A stretch of 64,000 nt of DNA from Paragordius varius (GCA_964247055.1 OZ176054.1:5704001-5768000); one strand, 5' to 3'. Positions 38,356-50,790 are shown, numbered from the stretch's first letter. The notes: generated by a model from the sequence alone, not told the origin. Numbers and translations: made by a program.

Positions 38356-41300
38356 TCACTACCCCCTTCTAACGAAAGCGGGCAGGTTTCTGACGACTTC
38401 TTGTCGGGTACCGTCGTTCCTGTATTTTTATGGGGGAGCTGGTTGTAGCATATTCCTGGGTATTATCATTATTTGAACTTTTGGCTGTCGGGGTAATCGG
38501 TTCGGTTTCGTCACTTGGGTTAATCGTGCTGTTTGGTTGCGTTTCGGCAATTGTTCCATCGTCCTTTGCCGTGGTTACATCATCCTCACTTGTGTTGCTG
38601 GAAGTGGTGGTTTGTTGTTGTGGCTGGTGTACTATTTGATCGGCGTGCTTTCTCACGAGTATCTCCCGGTCTTTGTCCCATACCTTGTATGACAATAAAC
38701 CTGTACGGTCCGTGATCTCTCCGGCGTGCCACCCTGGACTTAGTTCATTTTTCATTACCGGGTCATTAATGGTAAACTGCCGGCGGGGGGCCGGTGCAAA
38801 CAATCTTGCCCTACTATTTAACCAGGTTAAGGGGGTATGGGGTGTACGCTTGTACATTAATTGGGCCGGGATCTCTTTAGTTGTCTAGTATATAAAGTTT
38901 CTATACGCCCATAATCTAGTGTTAAACGCGTCGTGGGTGGATATTGCATTATATTTAATTCTTTTGTATTTATTTTTTATTGTACCTACTAACCTTTCTA
39001 CCATCCCATTTCTCTTAGGATGATAGGGGGTAACCTTAATAGGTTTCACCCCTAACGTACTTAAGGTTGACGTGAAGTACCCATTGTTGAAATACGAAGC
39101 GTTATCGCTAACGATATCTCTTGCAAAGCCAGATCTTGCAAACGTGTCTTCTACTTTATGGATTATATTCGCTGCGGTTACCTTTTTCAAAATAAGCCCT
39201 TTTGCCCATTTTGAGGCATTATCAATGCTCAACAACCAATAATAACCGTCTAACGGTCCGGCTATATCAGTATGCAAACGCTCCCACACAGCAACATTAT
39301 GACCCCACTGATACGTGAAATTCTGAATAACATTCGGCCTACTACGTTGGCACGATTCGCACTGGCTACTGGCTTTTACCAGGTCATTTTTTAATTTGGC
39401 CAATAACACGTAAATCTGGCCATCGCTTTCATGGTTACGTTGTTATGACCGCTGTGTAGATATCTGACCACCTCTTTTTGAAAGGGCTTCGGAATTATAA
39501 TCCGATCATTTAAACTTAATAAGCCATATTGATATGCCAACTCATCTTTACGGTTTACAAACTCTAATTCTGGAGAACTCCAGTCATGGTTGTTTAACGC
39601 TTTTATTACTTTTTGTAATACTGGATCTAATGCGGTTTCTTTTCGAATTTTATCTCTGCTTAACCGCACGTTATGACAATTCAAAAATGATATCTGGTAA
39701 CCGCATAATCTTCATCATAGGCAACGATCTCGTCAATCGACCATCTCGATAAATAATCAGCTCTATTTTGAGCCCCCTTTTGATGACTTATTTCAAAGTG
39801 GTATTTATTTATCATATTAATCCATCTTAGTACTTTAGCATTATGTATTTCTTTTAAATTTCGATCTCTAACTATTAACTTTACTAAGGGTAAATGGTCA
39901 GTTAATATTATAAATTTTCTACCAGAAACTGCGAAACTTTTTTAACGCAATCAATATTGCTTTTAATTCCTTCTCGATAGTGGAATAATTCCTTTCGGCG
40001 TTGATACACATTGTGAGGCACACGCTATCGGTATCCTTTTTCTATTAACCTCATGACTTAAAATACACCCGAATCCTAAATCAGACGCATCAGTTTCTAT
40101 TATCAATTTCCTATTCGGATTATATGATGTTAAAAACACTTTAAATTCTTAGCTGCCAACCAGCTTTTCTCATGTTTCTCGGTCCAAGACAATCTCGTAT
40201 TTTTACTAGTTAATTCATGTAAGGGACCGACTATCATTTGTAATTTTGGTATAAAGCGTTCATGAAACGTCAAAAAACCTAACCGGCCTTTTTGGCTCCT
40301 TAATTGCCTTGATTTTGCTTTTACATGGGCTTATACCCTTTTTTGATATTTCAAACCCTAAATATTTTACTGATTCTGCACCTATCATTATTTTGCCAAT
40401 TTGAATCCGGCTTTATCAAAACGACTTAATACGTTATTTTAAAGGTTAATATGCTCATTTTCCGTCCTACCAGTCACTAGGACCTCATCTAAATATACGC
40501 AAGTTCCCGGACTTTCAGCCAGCACCTGTTCCATCACCCGTTGAAAGATGATGGGTGCGATGGCCAGTCCAAACGGCATGCGTTTGTATCTAAAAAAACC
40601 TTTATGTGTTGATATAGTTAACAAATCTTGACACTCCTCTGCCACTGGCATTTGGAGGTAAGCATCTTTTAAATCAATTTTTCTGAATGTGATACCTTCG
40701 CCTATTTTGGACACCAACTCATGAAACGTGGGGATTATATGAGAGTCTTCTTGCAACCACTTATTAATCGTTATCCGAAAATCACTGCATATTCTTAATT
40801 CGCCATTAGGTTTAAGTACATTAACCGTTGGCGTGGCCCATGTCACAGGTGTAATGTTAGGATCAACCGGTTCTAGGATGCCTAACTTTTCTAGCCTCGT
40901 CAGCTCCTTCTCCACCTTTTCTCTTAATAGAAAAGGCACCCTGCGACATGGCCATGCTTTCGGGATCGAATTCTCTGCAATGCGAATTTTTACAGGGTCT
41001 TTATAACACCCTAACTTATTTTCGAATAAGTTTTTAAAATTTTCGCAAATCTTATTTAATTTAATTAATTAATTTCTGTGGCATTTCAATCTGGAATTTA
41101 GCCATTCAGTCCAGTCCAGTCCACACAGTGGTGCCATCCCCATCGTTTTGCTCAGGACACATATGTCCCCGATCATTTATTTGCCTTTTATCTGGACGTT
41201 GACGCTTGCTGTTCCCATCATTGGCACTGTGTTATTGTATGATTCTGGTGGTGTCGTTGATATCAGAACTGGTATCAATAAAGTCTTTTTTCAAACCGTT

Positions 41301-41665
41301 TATTATTAATGTTATCAGTAAGGGTGTTTGCGCATTTCGATTTTCCTATACATCCTTCAATAGTTTCCTATTAAATTTAGGTCTTTGTCCCTTGGCCACA
41401 CACGTCCTAGCAAAATGGTTCAGTTTTCCGCATTTGTAGCACGATCGTCTCCAGGCTGAACACTTGTTGGGTGGGTGTGTGAAGCCGCAATGTTGTAGTA
41501 GATGATTTTATTATTGTTTGTCGGTAGGGTTTATTATGTTGTTACCGATTGATATTATTATTGCTGTAACTATATCATCGATTGCTATTATTATTGTATT
41601 TTTTTTATGGTTAAATTGGCAATGCTAACGTGAGGAATTGTTGTATTCATTGGATCGTCTGCCAT

Positions 41666-41871
41666 TGCAGGTGAATTGCTTGCGTTTCCACAATTTATTT
41701 AAAGATAATGATAATAATAGTCAAACGTGGTGATGAGGTTAATCTAATAATATAATAATACTACAAACGTAAGTATTAATCTATTAATATATAACGAATG
41801 TTGTTTGTGTGGTTAATCTAATAGTTAATATAAGGTTCATTCAAATTAGCCTGTCAGTTACCACTATAACA
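41666..41871 (-). repeat. 5' LTR of the Gypsy element
   Basis: Direct repeat of 38151-38355 with several substitutions and indels; followed on the minus strand by TGGCAGACGA. Inner boundary uncertain by about 4 bp. Confidence 0.85.
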
Positions 41872-42697
41872 CGGGTAAAAAAACTCTCTCAAAAATCTTA
41901 GATGATGGATCTATTTCTGCATCAAATTGTATGGAAAACATATTTATAATATATATTGAATGTTTTGTAAAATTTGTAGGCAACTTATGCTTTGGTCCAA
42001 ATTATCGAAAAAATTTCTTTTTTATATAAGGCTTAAATTTATTTTTGAAAGTCATACATTGAATTCCTATATATAGAGTTAATATATAATTGTGTTAATA
42101 AAGCTTAAAATATTTTCCCGCATATTAATGAGTTTTTGTGATTCAAATTTGATTAGCTAATATTCTTAAAAATCTTTCTGAGACCCTCCGAAAAAGTGCA
42201 TAATTTTGTTGATAATATTTTGCGTTTAGAATTATCCTTATGCTATATTAACACAAATAAATTTTTGTTGACACGATTTCATCTATTGTATTCAATCTTA
42301 TTTGACTGGCTAAAATCAGATAAATTAAGATAACTTTATTTCTAGTTTTACTTATATCATTTCGATATTCATTATACTGAAGCTTTTGATTATCGAACGA
42401 TATAATTCATTAACCTTTATTTTTTGATCCCAATTTTTGCTGCACAGACTCAGAATATATCTGTATCTACAGGTTATTTTTTTGGGGACACTGTATATAT
42501 ATCAAAATTTGGCCAAATTAGCGCACCTTATGCTATTTCTTTGAAAAGAAATGCCTTATTCCCAAAAATATTATTAAAAATATTTTTAAAAACCTTTAAA
42601 ACGAAAAACCATATTTTTTTAAAGAATTTAAGCTCCAAATGTCTTAGATTTTGGACCCTTCCAAATTAGGCTAGTTTTGTTACTTTGCGAATAATAT

Positions 42698-43823
42698 CAG
42701 GGAAAAAAATATCTTGACAGAATATCTGATAAAAAATGCATCAGGATTGTTATGGCGCTTTTGGCTTTCGTTTACCAGTGATGTAAGAAAGCTATTTACA
42801 CTTTTGTGGTAACTGCCATATCTTATAATGGCAAAATTTAATTTGGATAAATACATTGTTGAAAAATCTTCATTTCAAATATCACTAAAATATAACATAC
42901 ACTTCCTGTAAAAAACATAACAAAATTTTTATAAAGTTTTTAATATTAGATATGGGCTCCTAGAGTTAGACATTTTTGCGTTTCTAAAATGGGCCAGTTT
43001 TTCCTCGCAAAAATGCCAAAAGGCGAGATAAAAATTATAAAAATGCTTAATTTGACATCAAATTATGTGTTACCAAAAAATGATTGTTTTGCTTAAAAAT
43101 ATAATTTCAGGAAAATTTTTGTAGCTAGCTTTATGGTCTTTTGAAGGATGCTGGAAACATTATAAAAGCGCGTTAAGATATTAAGAGAATTTTCTATATA
43201 ATTCGATCAAACTGAACATTTCTATCACTTCACGATTTTAAATGTTGTGTGCTCTTATTTGGTCAATTTTGTAAAAAATACATATATACTTAACTTAAAT
43301 TATGAAGATAAACGAATATTTTAATCAAAATTCTGAGGTAGTAGAGATGTTCTGCCAACTTTTGATAAAGTTTTTTTATAATATGTAAAGCGTTTTATGC
43401 AGTTCATGCCTTAAAATAGTATGAATACGCTTCAATTTAGCAAATTTTTTAAAAATATTTTAGTTGATTTTTAAATTTACCATTTATTAAAAATTATCTT
43501 GCACTTTTAACATTTTGGGTTATTTTAAGACCGACTTTTTTAGAAAGAGCAAAATAATTGGGGCTTTCGGATCCCGAATCTAAAAAATTCAATTTATAAA
43601 ACTATTGTTTTCCTTTCTATATGTAATCTTTGAAAATGAGTTACATTTCACCAAAAAAATTTTATAAAACTAATTGCCCGCAAATTTTGCTATTTTTTGA
43701 TATGGAGGATTTACCACAAAAGTGAATTTTTCCTAAATCACTCGTAAGGACCAACACCAAAAGCGCCATCTTATTTTCCTGTCACAATTCATATATTCAT
43801 CAGGATATTTTTTGTGAACACTG
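42698..43823. mobile_element. Long-TIR MITE copy C
   Basis: CAGGGAAAAAAATATCTTGA... on the left and ...CAGGATATTTTTTGTGAACACTG|TA on the right; internally palindromic; the terminus read inward (CAGTGTTCACAAAAAATATCC) resembles Tc1-type TIRs. Confidence 0.7.
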
Positions 43824-44431
43824 TATTATACAGAAATATCAAAACTTGCCTAAAATTTTTTAATATAGATTATGAGTAATAACGTATTTTTAATATAATA
43901 TATACTTTGTTGAAAAAAGTTTTTAGTCTGTGGTCACAACGCTATAATTATTAAAGATATTTAATTTTGAATAAATTAATTATGCTTAACATTTCCATCA
44001 CCTGTTTTTATATCAGCATAAAATATAAATTTTGGTAGATTTTTTGCACAAAACACAAATTATTTTTAACTAAAATATTTTCAAAAATTTTATATTTCAT
44101 TAATAATATATGAAATACAAAAAAGTTAAAAAATACAATTTGGTATCAAGGATATTTTGAAAAACATTTTTTTTAGTTTAGAAAGCCTCCCCGGCCTATC
44201 CATACCAAAAAATATATTTATACAAATAGTTTAAAATTTATAGGTTTTTACGAATAATTAGACTCGATATAAATACAAAAGCTATTTCGATTTTTTGTAA
44301 TCATCTGCAGATAAAAACCATTTTTAAAACCTTTCGATACCTGTCTCAAGCGATAGATTTTGGCTATGGTAATTTTTTATTAATTATTTTTAATTTTCGA
44401 TCTCAATATATAAATACTCATTTAAAATTTT

Positions 44432-46471
44432 ATGCTTGAATCTCATCGGAATTCTATTGCTTCTAAATCTGACTATATTGGTTTTGATGGCAAAAAAACT
44501 ATTCGATTTTCCAATCACGATGAAAAAATATCCAAAGAAACCGATTCTATATCCACATCTTCGTCATCATCCGATTCAACTATTCCTCCTGCACCAGATG
44601 GAGGTTGGGGTTGGGTAATTGTATTTTCCTCATTTATGATCCATTTTATAGTGGATGGAATCGGTTTTGCATTCGGTGTTATATATGTATCATTTTTGGA
44701 TTATTTCCAAACGAGCAAAAGTAAAACTGCGTTCATTGTATCTCTCTACTATGCCATGCCTTTGCTTGCGGGACCAATGGCTAGCATATTAGTTGATAAT
44801 TATGGATGTCGTAAAATGACTATGATTGGTGGCTTTATATCATTTCTCGGCTTTTTTACCAGCATTTTTATTCACCGCATTGAAGCTTTATATGTTACCA
44901 TGGGTATAATTACCGGACTTGGATTATCTTTAGTCAATGTTGCATCGATTGTCATAGTCGCGTTTTATTTTGATTCAAAGCGAGCCTTTGCCACAGGAAT
45001 TTCCACATCGGGATCAGGTGTTGGTGCAACAGTCATCGGAGCTTGTGTCGAATTATTACTGCAGCGATATGGTTGGCGTGGAACAATACTTTTGTTTTCA
45101 GGGTTATTTCTAAATATTATTGCTCTTGGTGCTCTTATGAGGCCTGTCGAATGGCCAGAAAGTTTAGCCACGGCTCGTCGAAGTCGAAAATACATGGAAA
45201 AACTAGTCAATTTTCAACAACTTAGCTCTAAACATCCTGGTAGAAAAGTTGCTTTACTTACGGGAGATGTTATTAACTTAGACGAATCTAGACTCAATGT
45301 TGACAATAAATCTTTAAATTTATCTTATGATGGTCATAATGAAACATCTGATTCTGACACGGAAAAGAAAGCTCATTCAACTTTAGATATTCCTACCTAT
45401 CTTACGAAAAATCCTATGTTGAGCACAGAAGCTTATGAAGCCCTCCACAAAGATTACAATGTCGATAATTTAGTTCAATTATTACCCCTTATTCAAAACG
45501 GTGTTTTACTCAATGATATGATATGTAACAATTATGAATTTCAAACCAAAGCTACATGTTTCAAAGATCATCCGCATTTCCATGATATTTGGACTGAACA
45601 TGTTGATAAAATGAGAAAAGCGGAACGATATCGGTTTTTAAGGCTCAATCGCTCAAATATTACTAGCAAAGGGTGTATGCTTAATACTCCAAAATATGCC
45701 ATAAAAGCTTCAAGTTGTCCAGACGTGTACACTAGTACACTTCAACGTGACGAAGATGCGTACACTTTCAACGAGCTAATGAAAGAATTATGGGATACAA
45801 TTAAATCTATGTGTGACTTCGATTTATTAAAAGATATTACATATTTACTCTTTTTCCTATCCAATTTTATGTTGTGTCTGTGTGATGATATCCCACACTT
45901 GTATGTTGTCGACCTTGCTATCAATACTGGAATAGATCCGGTTAAAGCTGGTTTCCTTCTTTCCATAATGGGCTTCCTCAGTACAATCGGTCAAATTATA
46001 TTTGGTTATTTGGCTGACAGGCCTAATATGAACACTATATACCTTTACACCATAGCTACGGCCGGGTGTGGACTTAGTTGTTTTGGTTTTACATTCATTC
46101 AAAGCTACATTGGTTTGATGTTTTTGTGTGCCACCTATGGGTTACTCATAAGTGCCAATTATAGTTTAACGTCCATCATACTCGTCGATCTTATGGGTTT
46201 GGAAGAATTTACTTCGAGTTATGGATTAATTTTAACAGCACAAGGGGTAGGGAGTTTAGCTGGGCCTGCCATAGGTGGTTTTCTTGGAGATTTAACTCAT
46301 TCTTACAATTACACTTTTTATTTTGCTGGTGTGCTAATTTTAACATCCGGGCTGATTATGTTAATTGAACCGTTAGTAAAACGTTGGCGAAAACAAAGAA
46401 AACGTCATCCTATATTCACAAAATTAACGATATCCGACAATATCCCAAAAACTAATTTACCTATGTTATAA
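44432..46471 (+). CDS. Monocarboxylate transporter-like protein (SLC16/MFS), 679 aa, intronless
   Basis: Single ORF; SLC16 signature PPAPDGGWGW, GPMASILVDNYGCR, multiple hydrophobic TM segments around a large central loop, GQIIFGYLAD. Confidence 0.93.
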   Translation: MLESHRNSIASKSDYIGFDGKKTIRFSNHDEKISKETDSISTSSSSSDSTIPPAPDGGWGWVIVFSSFMIHFIVDGIGFAFGVIYVSFLDYFQTSKSKTAFIVSLYYAMPLLAGPMASILVDNYGCRKMTMIGGFISFLGFFTSIFIHRIEALYVTMGIITGLGLSLVNVASIVIVAFYFDSKRAFATGISTSGSGVGATVIGACVELLLQRYGWRGTILLFSGLFLNIIALGALMRPVEWPESLATARRSRKYMEKLVNFQQLSSKHPGRKVALLTGDVINLDESRLNVDNKSLNLSYDGHNETSDSDTEKKAHSTLDIPTYLTKNPMLSTEAYEALHKDYNVDNLVQLLPLIQNGVLLNDMICNNYEFQTKATCFKDHPHFHDIWTEHVDKMRKAERYRFLRLNRSNITSKGCMLNTPKYAIKASSCPDVYTSTLQRDEDAYTFNELMKELWDTIKSMCDFDLLKDITYLLFFLSNFMLCLCDDIPHLYVVDLAINTGIDPVKAGFLLSIMGFLSTIGQIIFGYLADRPNMNTIYLYTIATAGCGLSCFGFTFIQSYIGLMFLCATYGLLISANYSLTSIILVDLMGLEEFTSSYGLILTAQGVGSLAGPAIGGFLGDLTHSYNYTFYFAGVLILTSGLIMLIEPLVKRWRKQRKRHPIFTKLTISDNIPKTNLPML

Positions 46472-46719
46472 TGAAATAATTTTTTATTTTTTTAATCTTG
46501 TCTCCTACCTGTATAGTTAATATACAAAATTATACGTTCCAACCGATGTGATATTACATTTTTTGCACATATATATTTACGCATAAAAAATAATAAATAT
46601 TTTTATAGCCGTGAGTTATATCATTTTACAAAAAAATTCATATCATATTATATAGATGCAATGACAATTCTTACGACCAATGTGCGAAATTAAATCTATC
46701 AACAATTCTAACATTACAC

Positions 46720-48075
46720 ATGAGAAACAAGGTTCAATCAACGTATGACAAGATCATTAAACATTGGATACTTATTCTGTTATGTTTTTTCAGCTTTTTG
46801 ATTGTGGATGGGATTGGATTTTCCCTAAGTCTGTTTTTTGTCGCTTTTACATCCACGTTTGACACATCGTCGAAAAGTTTAATATCTTGGATATTTTCTA
46901 TTCATTTTGCTATGACTCTGATCTCAGGTCCGATGGCCAGTTTACTAGTCAACAAATACGGGTGTGGAAGATCTAATATGATTGGTGGATTACTTACATT
47001 TCTGGGGTTTTTTATTGGATCATTTGCCCGTGCAATATGGTTATTAATCTTGAGTGTGGGAATGTTATCAGGGTTTGGTGTTGCAATCGTTTATGTTACT
47101 TGCTACACCATAATTATGAATCAATATGTGGATACGAAAGAATTAGTTACTGGTATATTTTCGTGTGGCTCTGGTATTGGAGCCCTAATCATTGGACCTC
47201 TAACTGAATTTTTAATCAATAGATATAACTGGCCTGGTGCCTTATTAATACTATCGGGTCTTTTTATGCAAATTTTATTTTTCGGATTAGCAATGCAAAT
47301 TTATGCAAAATTACATGGAATTAAACCCGTGCTCAAGTGTGAACATCCAACTTTGACATCGTGCACATCTCTACCACAACTTAATGGTGTCAAAAATTTT
47401 GGTCCGATAATGTACACATCTTTACCATATCTAAATCGCTCCTCTAAAACACCGGGTAATCCATCATTGAAACAGACTTACTGGAAAAATTTAAATTATC
47501 AAATATTTTTGCTATCAAATTTTCTTTTGTATGCGAGCGGAGACACTCCATGTATATTTACGATAGAACGTTCTATCAAGCTCAATATTATACAAGATAA
47601 TGGATTCGTTGTTTCTTTGTTAGGAATTTCCAACACCGTTGGGCACATATTTTTTGGATTTTTAGCACATGTCATGGTACGAAAGTTAGGAACTAAGGGA
47701 AATTTTGTTATATATGGAACGGGTATAATCATTGCTGGTATTGCTACCGTATTCGTCCCTCATATGTACAATGCATACCAAATTTATTTTTTCATTATCG
47801 TTTTGGGATTTTTTATCAGTGCCAATTATACCCTGACACCAATTATTACAGCAGATATAGTTGATTCCGATTGCTTTTCCTACGCCCTGGGTTATGTATT
47901 TACAGCCCAGGGATTAGGAGCTTTGATCGGAGCTCCTATCGGGGGTTTGTTCATTGATCATTTCAAAAACTACTACCTTTGCTTTTATTTAGCGGGAATA
48001 TTCATTTGCATATCGGGTCTTATGTTATTTCTCAATATTATCACTTTTACAAAAACTAATCGTGGCAAAAAGTAA
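46720..48075 (+). CDS. Second SLC16/MCT-like protein, 451 aa, intronless tandem paralog
   Basis: Single ORF; LIVDGIGF, GPMASLLVNKYGCGR, ISANYTLTPII and AQGLGALIGAPIGG all align with the upstream paralog. Confidence 0.9.
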   Translation: MRNKVQSTYDKIIKHWILILLCFFSFLIVDGIGFSLSLFFVAFTSTFDTSSKSLISWIFSIHFAMTLISGPMASLLVNKYGCGRSNMIGGLLTFLGFFIGSFARAIWLLILSVGMLSGFGVAIVYVTCYTIIMNQYVDTKELVTGIFSCGSGIGALIIGPLTEFLINRYNWPGALLILSGLFMQILFFGLAMQIYAKLHGIKPVLKCEHPTLTSCTSLPQLNGVKNFGPIMYTSLPYLNRSSKTPGNPSLKQTYWKNLNYQIFLLSNFLLYASGDTPCIFTIERSIKLNIIQDNGFVVSLLGISNTVGHIFFGFLAHVMVRKLGTKGNFVIYGTGIIIAGIATVFVPHMYNAYQIYFFIIVLGFFISANYTLTPIITADIVDSDCFSYALGYVFTAQGLGALIGAPIGGLFIDHFKNYYLCFYLAGIFICISGLMLFLNIITFTKTNRGKK

Positions 48076-48289
48076 TGTTGCTCATTTTTATATTTTATCC
48101 TTTATTATATATAAAAATATACTATTGTATATTCTTTCGACTTCGATCCAATTATTTATGAATGGCCAAATATATGCATATGAGATGATTTTATTATATG
48201 GTCTCTCTCAAAAGTATTTCTCTTTACATACACAAAATATATAAAAATAAATTATGATATATATATATATATATATATTAAAAATTGAT

Positions 48290-48350
48290 CAGTGGCCCAT
48301 ATCGATCATTTGCTGCTCCTGAGGAAATGCTCAATGGCGCCTGCCCTAGT
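48290..48350. mobile_element. Fragmentary hAT left end related to the 27805 element
   Basis: CAGTGGC...GATCATTTGC...ATGGCGCC..CCCT resembles 27805-27850; no partner end found. Confidence 0.35.
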
Positions 48351-48726
48351 TAAAGAAAATATCAAGTCTCAAAACCGAACAACATGGAATCTTAACCTAA
48401 TTCATAAAATTAGACCGAAAACCCGTCCTAGGTTGGAAGTTGTCTAATTTTGGCTTTATTTTCATTATTAACACCCTTGATTTTTAACTTAATATTTCGT
48501 TACCGTAGTTCATTGTAAATTTTGTATAAACCGACCCGGTTTAGTTTCAATCTTCAGAAACCACCCCGGTTTCTAAGTTTCCTACCTTAAAATAGATTAC
48601 TAGGGTATTTGTTCCCCATTGATCTCAGGTTAAATATAAAATCAGAAATTATTAGTTAATTAATTAAACACGATATTTTTATTTAATTACCAGAAATTGA
48701 TCCACTTTTAATTTTATAATATATAC

Positions 48727-48775
48727 CAGTGCTTCTTAAAATATGGGTCGCGACCCCATTTGGGGTCGCGACTGA
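48727..48775. mobile_element. Charlie-type hAT end fragment
   Basis: CAGTGCTTCTTAAA...GGGTCGCGACCCC...GGGGTCGCGAC, a motif typical of hAT-Charlie MITE ends; no partner end found. Confidence 0.45.
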
Positions 48776-48939
48776 TAAAATTAAAATTTAACAAAAAATG
48801 TTGTTTATGTAAAATCTATATATTTATAAAAATGGAAAGTGGTGGCTTTGTGATCTGTTTCAGAAAAACCGGTAGACCCATTCAAATCCAAATGAATAGA
48901 ATCATTAATGATTACCCCGACAATAGCTTCGCCCTTTTT

Positions 48940-49590
48940 TGAATTAGGCCTTTAGTTCGGGCCCACCCCGTGTAAAAAACGGGTTTTTTCAGGCCATATG
49001 AGTTCAATAAGGGCTTGAAATATTACCCGTAAAAAGGCAAAAATTTGAGTAGAGCGGTTTTATTAAATTACCCCTTAATTAGGCTTTTGTCCTGAAAAAT
49101 GTGCCACAATAGAATGACTTTTTGGTTTTGGAGCACCACGAGAGCAGATGGAATCAATCATGACTCCAGGTATTACCCGAATTAAAAGAAAAAATTAATC
49201 GAGCGTTTTTTTGTTTTCCCCCTGGCTAGAGGCTACCCGCGTAAAACTGCGCCACCATCTCGATACAGCATGCCTTTGGAGCCAAATTTCAGAAAACCTA
49301 TGAGTTTAATAGGAACATATGGATTTCATGATAATTCCAGATATTCCCCATATGAGGGCAAAAATTTTAACCAGCGCTTTTTTATACCTGCCCTGGGTTA
49401 GGAGCTACCAGCCAAAAACTGCGCCGATATATAGAAATTGCTTTGTTTTGGAGCTAATTTAAAGAAAATTTATGAAGCCATATGAGCTGATTAAAAGCTT
49501 GAATATTATCCGTAACTAGGTGAAAAAAATCAGGCGTTTTTTATTAGCCGTTAATTTGGGGCCTTTATGCCCGAAAAATATGCCATCATA
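48940..49590. repeat. Degenerate tandem array, about 4 units of 150-171 bp
   Basis: Anchor TATTACCCG-like motif at 49021, 49171, 49342 and 49504; CATATGAG, GCG(C/T)TTTTT and TTTGGAGC recur in register. Confidence 0.75.
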
Positions 49591-50083
49591 TAACAATAAT
49601 TTAGTGTTGAGGTTTTTTTCGAATAACACATACTGTAATAACAATAGAATTCGCCACGAAAAATTATTTTTTGAAAACATTGATGATAACAGATTTTAAA
49701 TATTTGATCCACAAAATATTTAATAAAATGATTAAAATTTTATTTTTTACAAAAAAATAGCAATTAAGATGGAATAATTTTAAACTTTAAATTTCAACCT
49801 CTTTCTGGTTCCAACTTTATCAGAAAATGCTCTTGACTTTCTGAACCATATTATGTTGCCCAAACCTTGAAAAATATTCGCAAGATCATAATCAAATTCT
49901 AACACATGGGGCTTAAACTAATTTAATCCTGCACATTGATTGCTGGAATATAATAATTTTTCACAAAATTAATAGATACTTTTGATTTGTAAGATTTGTT
50001 GAGAATAAGCTACCTAGTCATTATCGATTTAAAAAAGAACAGCCATTTTGTTCATCTGACATTAAATCTATCGTTCAATAATG

Positions 50084-50790
50084 ATGTCGATTTTTCCACC
50101 CGAAAAAGAACATTCGTGGCACACATTACCAAAATTTGGTGATTGTGATCGTTTTGACAGATGGTGACAATGAACATGAGTGTGGGTGCTTTGGCATACC
50201 ATACAACTGCGAAGACACTATAATGCAAAAGCTATTGAATGATGACTCACTCAAACTTAAAAAAATTAGCAGAAGCATTACATATATCACAAAAACTATC
50301 AATAAATGTCTACGAGCGATGGGAAGGACCAATAAACTAAGTAAATGGGTCCCAGACAATTTAAATGAACTTAATATCGAAAATGTCATTTGGAAATTCT
50401 GTTTTAACATCATGAAAGAAATCATTTTCCATATAATTAAGGCGTGTGATGAGAAGTGGCTATATTTTGTAAATCTAAAGCGGAAAAAATTATGGATTAC
50501 CCTGCGCCGGTCCATAAACACCAAAGCCAATGGTTTGGCAAGAAAACCATGTTTAGTGTCTCCAGAGCATGGTGTATTATGAACTTTATGAGTTCATTGA
50601 AGCGGAAGCTGTTCATTGCGCAACGCTATTGCCAACAAATGATTAATTTAAATCATATATTAATCGATAAAGGACCAATATTTGCCTGAAGACATGGAAT
50701 AGTGATTTTGCTACTTGACAATGAGGCTTCTCACACAGCAAAACCAGTAAAAAGGGAAAGGTTTGGCATGCCTATCCTTTTAATTTTGCC
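50084..50790 (+). pseudogene. Mariner (Mos1-like) transposase relic
   Basis: MSIFPPEKEH start; KWVPDNL (WVPHEL motif); CDEKWLYFVN (TGDEKW); RYCQQMINLN; VILLLDNEASHTAKPVK (HDNA); multiple stops and frameshifts. Confidence 0.88.

Larger units (their letters stand above)
38151..41871 (-). mobile_element. Ty3/Gypsy (Mag/K02A2.6-like) LTR retrotransposon, degenerate
   Basis: About 205-bp LTRs (38151-38355; ~41666-41871), both beginning TG at their minus-strand 5' ends; PPT AGAAGGGGGTAGTGA; PBS-like TGGCAGACGA; CCHC knuckle CYKCGKLNHFARTC; RT 40439-40939 (LKDAYLQ, RMPFGL, YLDE); RNase H; integrase 38885-39684 (WERLHTDIAGP, IVSDN, NGMVERLV). Confidence 0.95.
37375..42447. mobile_element. Long-TIR element D (CACAATG left terminus) carrying the Gypsy insertion
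   Basis: About 37390-37950 is the inverted complement of about 41880-42445; left end CACAATGCGCAGCAAAAA, right end TTTTTGCTGCACAG (terminal bases eroded); possible degenerate 5-bp TSD TATCA/ACTCA. Confidence 0.65.
35907..42493. mobile_element. Long-TIR MITE copy B, split by three nested insertions
   Basis: TA|CATTGCGTCCAAAA...CCTGATG on the left; right arm interrupted at 36939-37280 and 37375-42447 and resuming as CAGAATATAT...CAGGTTATTTTTTTGGGGACACTG|TA. Confidence 0.65.

Noticed and set aside
44432-48075. Bacterial origin or contamination for the intronless transporters
   Set aside because: The sequences carry the animal SLC16 signature, have host-like AT-rich composition, and are flanked by repeat families shared with the rest of the window.
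48528-48575. Twin AAACC-N5-GGTTT hairpins as a Helitron 3' end
   Set aside because: No properly spaced CTRR terminus, and no matching 5' TC end or A/T insertion site identified.
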